In this document: positions 53,600 through 64,000 of the stretch, in pieces
Layout: every line of letters starts with the position of its first letter
Numbering within the stretch: position 1 is the stretch's first letter
Assembly (NCBI GenBank): GCA_030699125.1
Contig: JAUYKM010000018.1
Span: forward strand, 34,884-98,883
DNA from: Candidatus Daviesbacteria bacterium
Lineage (GTDB): Bacteria > Patescibacteriota > Microgenomatia > Daviesbacterales > UBA10151
DNA length: 64,000 bases
Reading direction: 5' to 3'
Made by a program: the position numbers and the translations under genes
The notes under the pieces: generated by a model
Told to the model about the DNA's origin: nothing
Database searches by the model: none
What the model saw: only the letters and a program-made list of their open reading frames with translations

Positions 53600-54490
53600 A
53601 TGCTAATTGATACACATGCACATCTTTATTGGGATGTTTTTGAAAAAGATTTAGATCAAGTGATCCAGCGCTCTATTGATGCCGGAGTAAATACCATTAT
53701 TAATGTTGGGGTTGATGTTGAAAAAAGTAAAATCGCCGCTAGACAGGTTAAGGAGAAGTTATCAAAAATCCCAAACTTTTTTAGCTTTTCTACTATCGGA
53801 ATTCATCCACATGAAGCAATAAAATATCAAGATGATGTATCCATACACGAGGACATAAAGAAATTAGAAGAAATATATCAAACCCAACCAGATCATATTG
53901 TAGCAGTTGGTGAGTGTGGATTAGATTTTTATTTGGACAGGAATGATATTCATCCTGACATCACTCTCCCCTACGGTCAAATCAAGAATCTGCAAAGACA
54001 ATTATTTCAAGTTCAAATTGATCTGGCCAAAAAATTAAACCTACCCCTCATCGTCCATTGCCGTGATGATAGATCCAAGGGTAGTGGTTCGACAGGCTTA
54101 CCACCTCAGGAGACTTTGTCTCCTTCGGCCTGGGATGAAGTCTTAAATATGGTGGGTAATCATCCTACCATCCTCCACTGCTACTCAGGTTTGCCTAAAA
54201 CCACTAACCTAGTTCTTAGTTCCTCCAACCTTTTTGTTTCCTTTGCTGCCACCATTACCTATCCTAAAAATGAATATTTGAGGGATGCTGCCAGAATCTT
54301 ACCCTTAGAAAAAATCCTTTTAGAAACAGATTGCCCATTCCTCCCTCCTCAATCAAGAAGAGGTCAAAGAAATGAACCGGCCAATGTTTTAGAAACTGCC
54401 CAACTGATTGCTGATTTAAAAAATATATCTTTGGAGCAGCTCAACAATCAAACTTCTAATAATGTCAAACGTATCTTAAAGCTAAATTAG
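53600..54490 (+). CDS. tatD: TatD family metal-dependent DNase/hydrolase
   Basis: 296 aa with MLIDTHAHL and a conserved His/Glu/Asp set. Confidence 0.8.
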   Translation: MLIDTHAHLYWDVFEKDLDQVIQRSIDAGVNTIINVGVDVEKSKIAARQVKEKLSKIPNFFSFSTIGIHPHEAIKYQDDVSIHEDIKKLEEIYQTQPDHIVAVGECGLDFYLDRNDIHPDITLPYGQIKNLQRQLFQVQIDLAKKLNLPLIVHCRDDRSKGSGSTGLPPQETLSPSAWDEVLNMVGNHPTILHCYSGLPKTTNLVLSSSNLFVSFAATITYPKNEYLRDAARILPLEKILLETDCPFLPPQSRRGQRNEPANVLETAQLIADLKNISLEQLNNQTSNNVKRILKLN

Positions 54491-54526
54491 ATTTGATTTA
54501 TTAAGCTCAATTCATTACACTAGTGC

Positions 54527-56308
54527 TTGCATATGAGACTTTTGTTGCTTTTTTTTATTGGACTTTTGTCCTTTTTTTATTTCTCAGATATATTAAATCG
54601 CTTCAGCAAAAATATCCGTTATAGTCTAATTGGGATTGGTTTAACCATTCTTGGTTTAATCTTAGGTTTCTTTGGTCAAAATATACTTTTAGGCGGTCTA
54701 AACGTCATGAGTGCTTTTTTCTTAATAGGAGCAGGCTTAGGCTTAATCATTCATCATCTTCTATCACACAAATTTATTATCTCCGAGAATATAGAAAAAG
54801 CGTTTGTATTAAAACATGAAAGTTTAATTGAGCGAATTTTGGAAATACTGCCTGGGGCTATTACATGGATTGCCCTCACTTCCCCTATCTGGTTATCTTT
54901 TACACTACCTTTTGCTGTTGCATACTTAATTTTAATCGCAGACGTTTATTGGCTACTAACTGCTTTGAAAATTGGCATATTGATAATAGTCGGTTATAGA
55001 AAAATGGAATGGGCTAAAAAACAAAATTGGTTTAAACTTCTACAAAAAGAGTATCCAAAAATTTGGGAAAACTATTATCAGCTGATACTGATCCCCACTT
55101 TTAAAGAGCCCCCATACATACTTTCTACAACTTTAAACGGCATCCTAAACACAGAATATCCCAGAGATAAAATTTTTATTGCAGTGGGATTTGAAGAAAG
55201 AGATGATCCTCAAAAAATTAAAGAAACCAAAAATATATTAAAAAAAGTTGAAGGAAAAATTGGAGGAGTTTTTTCAACAATTCACCCCTTTGGTCTGGAA
55301 GGTGAGGTACCTGGCCAAGGTTCTAATAAAAATTGGATGATCAAACAAATCTTGCCGGAAATTAAAAGAAGGGGAATAAAAATAGAAGATATATTTGTTA
55401 CAACTTTGGATGCTGACTTTGTCATTCATCCCCAGTTTCTTGCTGGCGCTTTGCATAAATATTTATCGACACCTAATCTAGAAAGGGATAAACGAACCTT
55501 TACTGGAGTATTTTTATACCACAATAATTATTGGCAAACCCCAGCCCCTATGAGACTGATGGCAACCGGCACCTCCTTCTGGCAATTGGCAGAAATGGTT
55601 GGATCAGATAAATATATGAACTATTCATCTATGTCTGTTAATTTAAAAACCTTATTGGATATTGGACTGTGGATTCCTGATAAAGTCAACGATGACTCAG
55701 GGTTCTATTGGAAAGCTTACTATCATTTTAATGGAGATTATAAAGTTATACCTCATTTTATACCCATCTCTGCTGATGCGGTTCAGGATACCTCGCTTCT
55801 AAAAACTTTCCAAAACCAATATTTACAAATTAAGAGGTGGGCCTATGGGGTGGAACATATGCCCTTTATCATAAAACAGTATTTTACAAAAGAGATAGAT
55901 TTTTGGGACAAAACAGATAGAGTTTTATTTAAATTATGGGGAGATCTAAAATGGGGATTTTTGGCAATTTTTGTAACATTTGGTTCTCTTTTTATTCCCT
56001 TGGTTAATCCAGGATTTAAGGAGTCTGTAATCTCTATCAATTTACCCATTATCTCTTCCTGGATTTTAACAGCAGCTTTCTTAGGTCTTTTTGCCACAAT
56101 TTATGTTCACGAAAAAACAGTTCCCAAAAGACCTTCTTCTTGGTCCTTTTTACAAAGAATTTGGTCATATTTTCAGTGGCTTTTAATCCCCATTATTCTA
56201 ATCACCATTTCGTCGCTTCCGGCAATAGATGCCCAGACTTCCTTAATGTTTGGGAAAAGATTAGAGTTTAGAGTAACAAACAAGGTTCGGTTATTAAAAG
56301 AGGCTTAA
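54527..56308 (+). CDS. Membrane-embedded family 2 glycosyltransferase (processive/synthase-like)
   Basis: 593 aa, multi-TM, a GT-A core with DxD TTLDADF and a QxxRW-like region QIKRWAYG. Confidence 0.6.
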   Translation: MHMRLLLLFFIGLLSFFYFSDILNRFSKNIRYSLIGIGLTILGLILGFFGQNILLGGLNVMSAFFLIGAGLGLIIHHLLSHKFIISENIEKAFVLKHESLIERILEILPGAITWIALTSPIWLSFTLPFAVAYLILIADVYWLLTALKIGILIIVGYRKMEWAKKQNWFKLLQKEYPKIWENYYQLILIPTFKEPPYILSTTLNGILNTEYPRDKIFIAVGFEERDDPQKIKETKNILKKVEGKIGGVFSTIHPFGLEGEVPGQGSNKNWMIKQILPEIKRRGIKIEDIFVTTLDADFVIHPQFLAGALHKYLSTPNLERDKRTFTGVFLYHNNYWQTPAPMRLMATGTSFWQLAEMVGSDKYMNYSSMSVNLKTLLDIGLWIPDKVNDDSGFYWKAYYHFNGDYKVIPHFIPISADAVQDTSLLKTFQNQYLQIKRWAYGVEHMPFIIKQYFTKEIDFWDKTDRVLFKLWGDLKWGFLAIFVTFGSLFIPLVNPGFKESVISINLPIISSWILTAAFLGLFATIYVHEKTVPKRPSSWSFLQRIWSYFQWLLIPIILITISSLPAIDAQTSLMFGKRLEFRVTNKVRLLKEA

Positions 56309-56314
56309 ATTTAT

Positions 56315-56680
56315 ATGGTAGCATTACGAAATGAATTAATTGAGAATAAATTGACTAAAAGATTTTATCTTTGGACTAGTATAACTCCTTTGATAATATC
56401 ATTAATATTGATTCTGATTATCTTTTTTCTGTTTCGATATCTTCCTTCCCGACTTCCTCTTTTCTATTCTTTTCCCTGGGGAGAAAGTCAACTGGCTTCA
56501 CACTATCAATTCTATATAGTACCAGTAAGCATTCTAGTAATAACTTTTATTAATTCAGTAATTTCCGCTCAACTACACTCAAGTCAATTATTTTTTAAAA
56601 AAGGACTTCTTTTATCATCTCTGGTTATAACCACTATACTAACTATTACAATTATCAAGATAGTTTTTGTTTTTGTCTAA
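56315..56680 (+). CDS. Small membrane protein in the glycan cluster
   Basis: 121 aa, 3 TM helices. Confidence 0.4.
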   Translation: MVALRNELIENKLTKRFYLWTSITPLIISLILILIIFFLFRYLPSRLPLFYSFPWGESQLASHYQFYIVPVSILVITFINSVISAQLHSSQLFFKKGLLLSSLVITTILTITIIKIVFVFV

Positions 56681-56704
56681 ATAAATATTTAATTCAAAAT
56701 TTTT

Positions 56705-57766
56705 ATGATTTTTTTCTTTCCTGCTATTTTATCTTTCTTATTAACAGCTATATCTATCCCCCCCACTATTAAGTTTGCCAAGAAATTTAATTTAGTTGAT
56801 AATCCAAAATTAAGGCCACATCCTGCCCATATTCAAAAAAGGATTGTACCAAGAGCTGCGGGACTGGCTTGTTATTTAGGAATTGTCCTGTCAATATTAA
56901 TATTTGTTCCTATCAGCTTACAACTTATTGGTATTATTACTGCTTTATTAATACTGCTTGTTATCGGACTTCTTGATGATCGTTATCAGAATATTTCACC
57001 ATATTTTAGATTAATCATTCAATTTACGGCTGCGTTGATTGTAGTTTTGACAGGAATTGGAATAGAATTTATCACCAATCCTCTCGGAGGTATTATTCAG
57101 CTAAACCAACCATTTATTTTTAGCTTAACTTTTGGTGATACGCTAGCCTTAGTCTGGATAGTCTGGGTGATGAACATGATTAATTGGTCCAAAGGTGTTG
57201 ATGGGCAGATGCCAACTATTGCCTTTGCAGCATCAATTATTTTGGGTTTACTTTCTGTCAAATTATATCTCGAAGGTGATTTAATCCAGCAAAATGTCGC
57301 TATACTTTCTTTTATTACAACAGGAGCAAGTTTTGCTCTGCTTCTTTTTAATTGGTATCCTGCCAAAATTTTTCCGGGTTTTTCAGGATCCACGATCTTA
57401 GGTTTTATGATTGCAATTTTGGCAATCTTATCAGGAGCTAAGCTTGCCACTGCCGGTTTGGTATTACTTATTCCTGCCACTGATTTTGCCTATACTTTTA
57501 TAAGAAGAATCATCCAAGGAAAATCTCCTGTTTGGGGAGACCGCGGACATCTTCATCATAAACTTTTAGAAATGGGTTTGTCGCATCAGAGCATCTCCTT
57601 GTTTTACTTTTTGGGATCTGTTATCTTAGGGGCAATCGCCCTAAATTTATCAAGTAGCGGAAAATTATTTGCGGCGATTTTAGTAGCAATTATATTGCTT
57701 GGGGCAATATTATGGTTAAACTTTTTTGGGGGATCATTAAAACAGCCAGACCCAGACAGTGGATAA
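56705..57766 (+). CDS. Polyprenyl-phosphate N-acetylhexosamine-1-phosphate transferase (GT4, MraY/WecA family)
   Basis: 353 aa, 10-11 TM helices, GLLDD motif and a DNPKLRPHPAHIQKRIVPRAAG cytoplasmic loop. Confidence 0.75.
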   Translation: MIFFFPAILSFLLTAISIPPTIKFAKKFNLVDNPKLRPHPAHIQKRIVPRAAGLACYLGIVLSILIFVPISLQLIGIITALLILLVIGLLDDRYQNISPYFRLIIQFTAALIVVLTGIGIEFITNPLGGIIQLNQPFIFSLTFGDTLALVWIVWVMNMINWSKGVDGQMPTIAFAASIILGLLSVKLYLEGDLIQQNVAILSFITTGASFALLLFNWYPAKIFPGFSGSTILGFMIAILAILSGAKLATAGLVLLIPATDFAYTFIRRIIQGKSPVWGDRGHLHHKLLEMGLSHQSISLFYFLGSVILGAIALNLSSSGKLFAAILVAIILLGAILWLNFFGGSLKQPDPDSG

Positions 57767-58644
57767 AAAATTTTGCCATTTTTGCCGGCTTAATTTTTTC
57801 TGGAACCTTATTTGTTGGTGAAAATCAGATAAAAGCAATCGAAGCTTTTCTACTTTTTTGTGGGTTCTCTTCTGCCACATATTTTCTTAATGATGTCTTC
57901 GATATTGAAAGAGATAGACTACATCCTTTCAAGAGAAAACGGCCTATTGCCTCTGGAATCGTTCCAATTCCTGTTGCTGTCTCAATTGCATTGTTTTTAA
58001 TTGCCACGTTACTGCCTTTATCATATAGGCTTTCACCAGCCTTCTTTTTTGCCTCATTATTTTATTTAATAATACAACTGCTCTATTCTTCATATCTAAA
58101 ACAGATAATTTTAATTGATGTATTGGTGATAGCAGCAGGATTTGTTTTAAGAGTTTATGCCGGAGTTTGGGCCATTGATGCACATCTTAATGTTTGGTTT
58201 CTACTCTCTGTTACTTCTTTCGCTCTTTTTCTGGCCATTGGAAAAAGGAGATCAGAATTAACTTTAATGCAATCCAAAGCTGCCCAACATAGAGAAACAC
58301 TGCTGCATTATCCTGAAAATCTACTTGATATATTAACTTCCATGTTTGCCAATTCCACCTGGTTAACTTATGCTTTTTTTGCCTTTTTACAACCACCTAT
58401 CATAGCCCGTCCTTATCTATCCAATTTTTTAGGAGGTTTTGATGTCTATTTGAGCGAGGCAAAATATCTAATGGCCACAGTACCTATAGTTATCTATGCG
58501 GTTATGAGGTATCTATACATTATTTATGAGAAAAAAGAAGGCGAGTCTCCAGAAAGAGTCATTATCTCAGATAAACCACTTCTTATAACTGTGCTACTTT
58601 ATGTCGTGATGCTGATTGGAATTATTTATTATCTAGGGTCTTAA
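57712..58644 (+). CDS. UbiA-family prenyltransferase resembling decaprenyl-phosphate phosphoribosyltransferase (DPPR synthase)
   Basis: 310 aa. N-terminus KTARPRQWIKN and Asp-rich motif YFLNDVFDIERDRLHPFKRKRPIASG. Overlaps the upstream gene by 55 nt. Confidence 0.6.
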   Translation: MVKLFWGIIKTARPRQWIKNFAIFAGLIFSGTLFVGENQIKAIEAFLLFCGFSSATYFLNDVFDIERDRLHPFKRKRPIASGIVPIPVAVSIALFLIATLLPLSYRLSPAFFFASLFYLIIQLLYSSYLKQIILIDVLVIAAGFVLRVYAGVWAIDAHLNVWFLLSVTSFALFLAIGKRRSELTLMQSKAAQHRETLLHYPENLLDILTSMFANSTWLTYAFFAFLQPPIIARPYLSNFLGGFDVYLSEAKYLMATVPIVIYAVMRYLYIIYEKKEGESPERVIISDKPLLITVLLYVVMLIGIIYYLGS

Positions 58645-58705
58645 AATTCAAAAGAAACATTAGGAAGAAATCCCTTTTAAAAAAGTATTAAGATAAAATA
58701 GTTAC

Positions 58706-59164
58706 TTACTGACCAAATTTTACGCTTCCTATTTCTAGAAGATTCGCTCTTTCGTCTTCTAAATCGTTCCCGTCTACTTTAACTCCAGCTCTGGCATGAA
58801 GTGCTATTCCTTCAATTAAGTTCCTAATTCTGTAGACATCATTTCTTGATAATTTGTCTACAAAAATTTCCGGTCCCCCTGTTAAACTCTGTATATGCAC
58901 ATGACCAAAAAAAGGTCCTGCTGAGGCATTCACACAAGCAATGTCTGTAGCCATAATGGAAATAACCTCATCAGCCCATGGTCCGTCATTCCTTACCCAA
59001 ATCACTCTCAGCTCCTCAATGATCAAATCATCCCGAAAAAATGTCAACGGGAAAAGCTGTTTAAATCTTGCCAAAACTCTGGAAGTATTATTCTGGCTGA
59101 CTAATGGTCTTACACCAAAAACTTGGTCTAACTGCCAAATATCTGATTGGGCAACGTATTTCAT
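58706..59164 (-). CDS. Metallophosphoesterase-family protein (YfcE-like, with degenerate N-terminal motifs)
   Basis: 152 aa. GHVH motif present, but the N-terminal DxH is degenerate (SDIW). Confidence 0.4.
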   Translation of the reverse strand: MKYVAQSDIWQLDQVFGVRPLVSQNNTSRVLARFKQLFPLTFFRDDLIIEELRVIWVRNDGPWADEVISIMATDIACVNASAGPFFGHVHIQSLTGGPEIFVDKLSRNDVYRIRNLIEGIALHARAGVKVDGNDLEDERANLLEIGSVKFGQ

Positions 59165-59595
59165 TTCTCACCTCCTTTCCATTGATTTAAATAAAAATTA
59201 ACTTTATCCAAGATCATGTTAAAGTGTTGCGCCTCTCTCGTTGATAATTTCTCTTTTAAAAATGTATCCAGCTTAAAGGCTTGTTTTTTTATTTGATTGG
59301 CTATTTGTTGTCCTTTTGCAGTCAACATCATGGTATGCTTTCTTCTATCTGAGGAAAGATTCTCTCTTTTGACCAGCTCATGTTTTTCCAACTCGTCAAT
59401 CAGGCTGACCACCGAAGCAGGGTCTAGATTTAGTTTAGCGGCAATCTGAGTTTGGGTAACATTTTTTTCAGAATCAATAATTATTAGGGCATAAGACTCT
59501 GAATAAGAAAGTGAGACAAAGGGGGATTTAAAAGCCACGAATTTTTGTATTTTTCTCCCCAAATTGCTGGTGTGAAAAATCAAGGTATGTCTCAT
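59161..59595 (-). CDS. MarR family transcriptional regulator
   Basis: 144 aa winged HTH: TQTQIAAKLNLDPASVVSLIDELEKHELVKRENLSSDRR. Confidence 0.8.
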   Translation of the reverse strand: MRHTLIFHTSNLGRKIQKFVAFKSPFVSLSYSESYALIIIDSEKNVTQTQIAAKLNLDPASVVSLIDELEKHELVKRENLSSDRRKHTMMLTAKGQQIANQIKKQAFKLDTFLKEKLSTREAQHFNMILDKVNFYLNQWKGGEK

Positions 59596-59668
59596 ACAGA
59601 CTCCTTTCTAATAATTCGGAAGGAAACAATTAGAAATCTAACAGATTTTAGGAAGATTGTCAAGTCAA

Positions 59669-60466
59669 CTATTTTTTCTGGGTATAGGCTGAGGAAACAT
59701 ACCCTTCAGTACCGTCAGGAAGTCTCACTCTATCCCATCCTGATAATTCCTCTAGCAGTATCAGCGTATCCCCGGGATTAGCTCTGGCAATTTCTTTTGA
59801 AGTAGTTGTCGGTCTTTCTCTCACTCTCAAAAAATCAGTCGGAGTATTGGTAATGGTGACTTGTTCAGTTTGGCTAATAATGGGAGTTGGAATATTAGTC
59901 AAATCCGCCTCAGATAAGGCCAAATCAGCTGAGATAGTCAGAGAAAATCCTTGTGGTAGAGTAGCTTTGATACTTCTTTTAAGGTAACTGGAACGGCTAA
60001 TTAGAATGGTGCGTTCTCCACTTTCTAAATTAATACTGATGGGGGTTTGACCATAGCTTTTACCATCTACTTCTATATCTGCTCCCGATGGATTAGAAAT
60101 AATTGTCATTCCTCTACCTTTCTCCAAAGTTAAAATTTCACCTGCTTGAGAGGTGGGATCATCTGATAATTCTCTATTAATAACAGTTAAAGTACCGGCA
60201 GTCAGTTTAATTTTTCCTTGCCATAAGGATTTATCTTTTTCTATTCTAATCAAATACTCTTTTGCTAAGAGTTCTTTATTTTCATAAGGAGTTTTACCCA
60301 CTTCTTGATTATCCAGAAAAACAACTGCCTCGGTCGGATTAGACATTATAGAAATTCCGCTGCGTGGTTTAATACCTAAAAAAATTTCGGTAAGAGCAGG
60401 CGTGAAACGAATTACCAATATTAATAAACTTAATAAAATTAAGACAAAAAATAATATTTTTTTCAT
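59669..60466 (-). CDS. PEGA-domain surface protein (two PEGA repeats, N-terminal TM helix)
   Basis: 265 aa. PEGA repeats SIMSNPTEAVVFLDNQEVGKTPY and MTIISNPSGADIEVDGKSYGQTP. Confidence 0.7.
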   Translation of the reverse strand: MKKILFFVLILLSLLILVIRFTPALTEIFLGIKPRSGISIMSNPTEAVVFLDNQEVGKTPYENKELLAKEYLIRIEKDKSLWQGKIKLTAGTLTVINRELSDDPTSQAGEILTLEKGRGMTIISNPSGADIEVDGKSYGQTPISINLESGERTILISRSSYLKRSIKATLPQGFSLTISADLALSEADLTNIPTPIISQTEQVTITNTPTDFLRVRERPTTTSKEIARANPGDTLILLEELSGWDRVRLPDGTEGYVSSAYTQKK

Positions 60467-60504
60467 TTAGTATTATTATACCCTAAATATTAACCCATCT
60501 ATTT

Positions 60505-60533
60505 TTGACTTTCCATTAATTTTATGCTATATT
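60505..60533 (+). promoter_or_regulatory. Sigma70-like promoter TTGACT-N17-TATATT upstream of the M23 peptidase gene
   Basis: -35 at 60505..60510 and -10 at 60528..60533, read directly. Confidence 0.5.
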
Positions 60534-60564
60534 AGCGCTTCACAAAAACTTAAATTAAATAGCT

Positions 60565-61212
60565 TTGAAAGTTTTTGCGAAAAACCTTCTGTCTAAGAAA
60601 GTTTTAAGAGGGGTCGCCCTAAACTTTAAGCTTTCCAAAATTAAGCCCAGGTTCCAATCTAAGGTTTTAAGGCTTATATTTTTTTGGCCTAAATTGGCCA
60701 TTGTGATTTCAGCCCTTATTTTTTTAACGGGCTACTTCCCCTACTCCACTTTTCATCCGATTAGCATATCCACGGCCTACGCTGAGAAAAATGAGCAAAC
60801 CGATGAGGTTATCGCCCAATCATTTCCTCAACCAATCAGCCTGCCGCATTCCGGCTATCTTTCCAGTCGTTTTTCCAGATTTCATCCTGGTATAGACATT
60901 GCCTCTAACCTAAAATCTGCCATTCATCCAATCACTGCAGGTGTTGTGGAGGAGATAAATTATGGTTTCTTGGGTTATGGCAATAATGTAATAATTACCC
61001 ATCCCAATGATTTTAAATCACTTTATGGACATATGGGAAAAATATTTGTCCAAAAAAATCAATCAGTAACTGCTGAGGATGTCATTGGAGAAATAGGACT
61101 AACTGGATTTACTTCCGGTCCGCATACCCATTTAGAAATAACTTATCAGGGAAGGTATATTGATCCTATCATGATACTGCCAGAAATTCCCCCTATGCCT
61201 TTAGCTAAGTAA
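60565..61212 (+). CDS. M23 family metallopeptidase (LytM-like), membrane-anchored
   Basis: 215 aa. TM helix and M23 motifs HPGIDIA and GPHTHLEI. The start at 60565 is TTG; there is no upstream in-frame ATG. Confidence 0.8.
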   Translation: MKVFAKNLLSKKVLRGVALNFKLSKIKPRFQSKVLRLIFFWPKLAIVISALIFLTGYFPYSTFHPISISTAYAEKNEQTDEVIAQSFPQPISLPHSGYLSSRFSRFHPGIDIASNLKSAIHPITAGVVEEINYGFLGYGNNVIITHPNDFKSLYGHMGKIFVQKNQSVTAEDVIGEIGLTGFTSGPHTHLEITYQGRYIDPIMILPEIPPMPLAK

Positions 61213-61798
61213 TAATTTCACCTTCAACTGCAGTAACAGGGGTAGCTCTTAAACCAAGTTGTTCTCTTTCCCTATTAATCAGTCTTTCCATTAAGTTTTT
61301 GATCTCTATTGGATAATCAATATTTTTCAGAACTATTTCACCTTTAGAAACTCCGGCAGTATTAACAATAATTGAGCCGTGATGAAGAAATAATCTATCA
61401 ACAAATGATTGGTCAACTTCCAAGTGAGTGATTTTATCATAAAGAGTGGCTGTTAATCTGACTCCAAAAATACCTCTTTTGATAATTACTCTTCTGGTGG
61501 TTAACAAATATCTATTGGCGTGATAAAGGTGGGCTGTTTTAATAAATGCCACAAATGATGTCAGTAAAATGGCCAAAATAGCTGTCCATAATCTTTCCAG
61601 ATGAAAGAACCACCCCAAACCTAATCCTAAGGCGGCAAAGATCAAGCCGGGAAACATTAAATACATGATAAATTTAGACCTGATGAAAGCTTTGGATAAT
61701 CCTGTTGCCAAAACTAAATCTTCATCCTCAGACAGATATTTTTCAAAGGCTTTTTTTTGGGAAAGTGCTGGTGATTCCTTATAATGATACTTAGCCAT
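61205..61798 (-). CDS. Bacterial PH-domain (bPH_2/YdbT-like) membrane protein
   Basis: 197 aa, two TM helices followed by a PH-like domain. Confidence 0.55.
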   Translation of the reverse strand: MAKYHYKESPALSQKKAFEKYLSEDEDLVLATGLSKAFIRSKFIMYLMFPGLIFAALGLGLGWFFHLERLWTAILAILLTSFVAFIKTAHLYHANRYLLTTRRVIIKRGIFGVRLTATLYDKITHLEVDQSFVDRLFLHHGSIIVNTAGVSKGEIVLKNIDYPIEIKNLMERLINREREQLGLRATPVTAVEGEIIT

Positions 61799-61814
61799 TC
61801 ACCTAATTGTATCA

Positions 61815-63765
<1,951 letters not shown>

Positions 63766-63811
63766 ATGAAATAAACTTGGGGCAGAATGTGCAATGAGTT
63801 ATATCAAAAAC

Positions 63812-63838
63812 TAGCAGACTTTGTCAAGAGGTGCTAAG
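63812..63838. promoter_or_regulatory. CIRCE-like operator TAGCAGACT-N9-GGTGCTAAG upstream of groES, with a TTGACA -35 (minus sense) embedded in its spacer and TATAAC 17 nt downstream
   Basis: Right arm matches GAGTGCTAA at 7 of 9 and the left arm is degenerate. Position and promoter overlap mirror the hrcA CIRCE. Confidence 0.6.
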
Positions 63839-64000
63839 ACTTTTAACTTTTTGTTTGTATATATCTAACACCTGAGGCCTCATATCATTAGGATGAAAAT
63901 ATAAAGCTCCATCTTTTATCCTCTCCATGCCTTGGGGTGATTTCATACACCACATTTGGAATTTCTTAACTAAATTCTCGAAAATATCAAAAATAGAATA

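Overview
This 64 kb window is a low-GC, gene-dense chromosomal segment that looks like a small-genome Patescibacteria/CPR-type bacterium. Most genes are on the minus strand, with short or overlapping junctions. It contains no rRNA, tRNA (no T-arm-like GGTTCGAAT-type motifs found by eye), CRISPR array, transposase or integrase.

Confidently recognised housekeeping genes:
- Translation and RNA turnover: alaS, metG, infB, lepA, rpsO, rpsT, pnp, RNase J, tsaC.
- Chaperones: the hrcA-grpE-dnaK-X-dnaJ heat-shock operon and groES-groEL, each preceded by a CIRCE operator that overlaps a sigma70-like promoter.
- Envelope and division: ftsK, murJ, an LCP protein, LD-carboxypeptidase, FemAB, an M23 peptidase, a G5+3D protein and PEGA proteins.
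- Surface structures: a PilN/PilO-like operon ending in an FN3+dockerin protein.
- DNA repair: uvrD/pcrA, sbcCD, an ATL (cysteine-less MGMT) protein, and tatD.
- A polyprenyl-phosphate glycan cluster: GT2, a GT4 WecA-like transferase and a UbiA-family protein resembling DPPR synthase.

The most unusual feature is a three-gene module present twice, about 38 kb apart (3468..4691 and 41787..44198). Each copy has a small ~65-73 aa protein, a translationally coupled retropepsin-like D-S-G-A aspartic protease, and a membrane-anchored secreted protein with the post-anchor motif NWKTYT..FKYP. The second copy adds a third paralog with a Cys-rich tail and a 52-aa CxxC micro-ORF.

Other unexplained signals:
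- Two near-identical 7-nt-periodic palindromic leader elements sit in front of pnp and the 3D-domain gene.
- A 330-nt structured spacer with a Shine-Dalgarno-led small ORF lies between grpE and dnaK.
- An unknown gene is wedged between dnaK and dnaJ.
- A GC-rich orphan gene lies next to a Tat-signal six-hairpin glycosidase.
- A frame-shifting 7-bp tandem repeat sits inside a coding sequence.
- Several heptamer repeat tracts occur in promoters and spacers.

All calls are from reading the sequence and ORF translations only; no searches were run.
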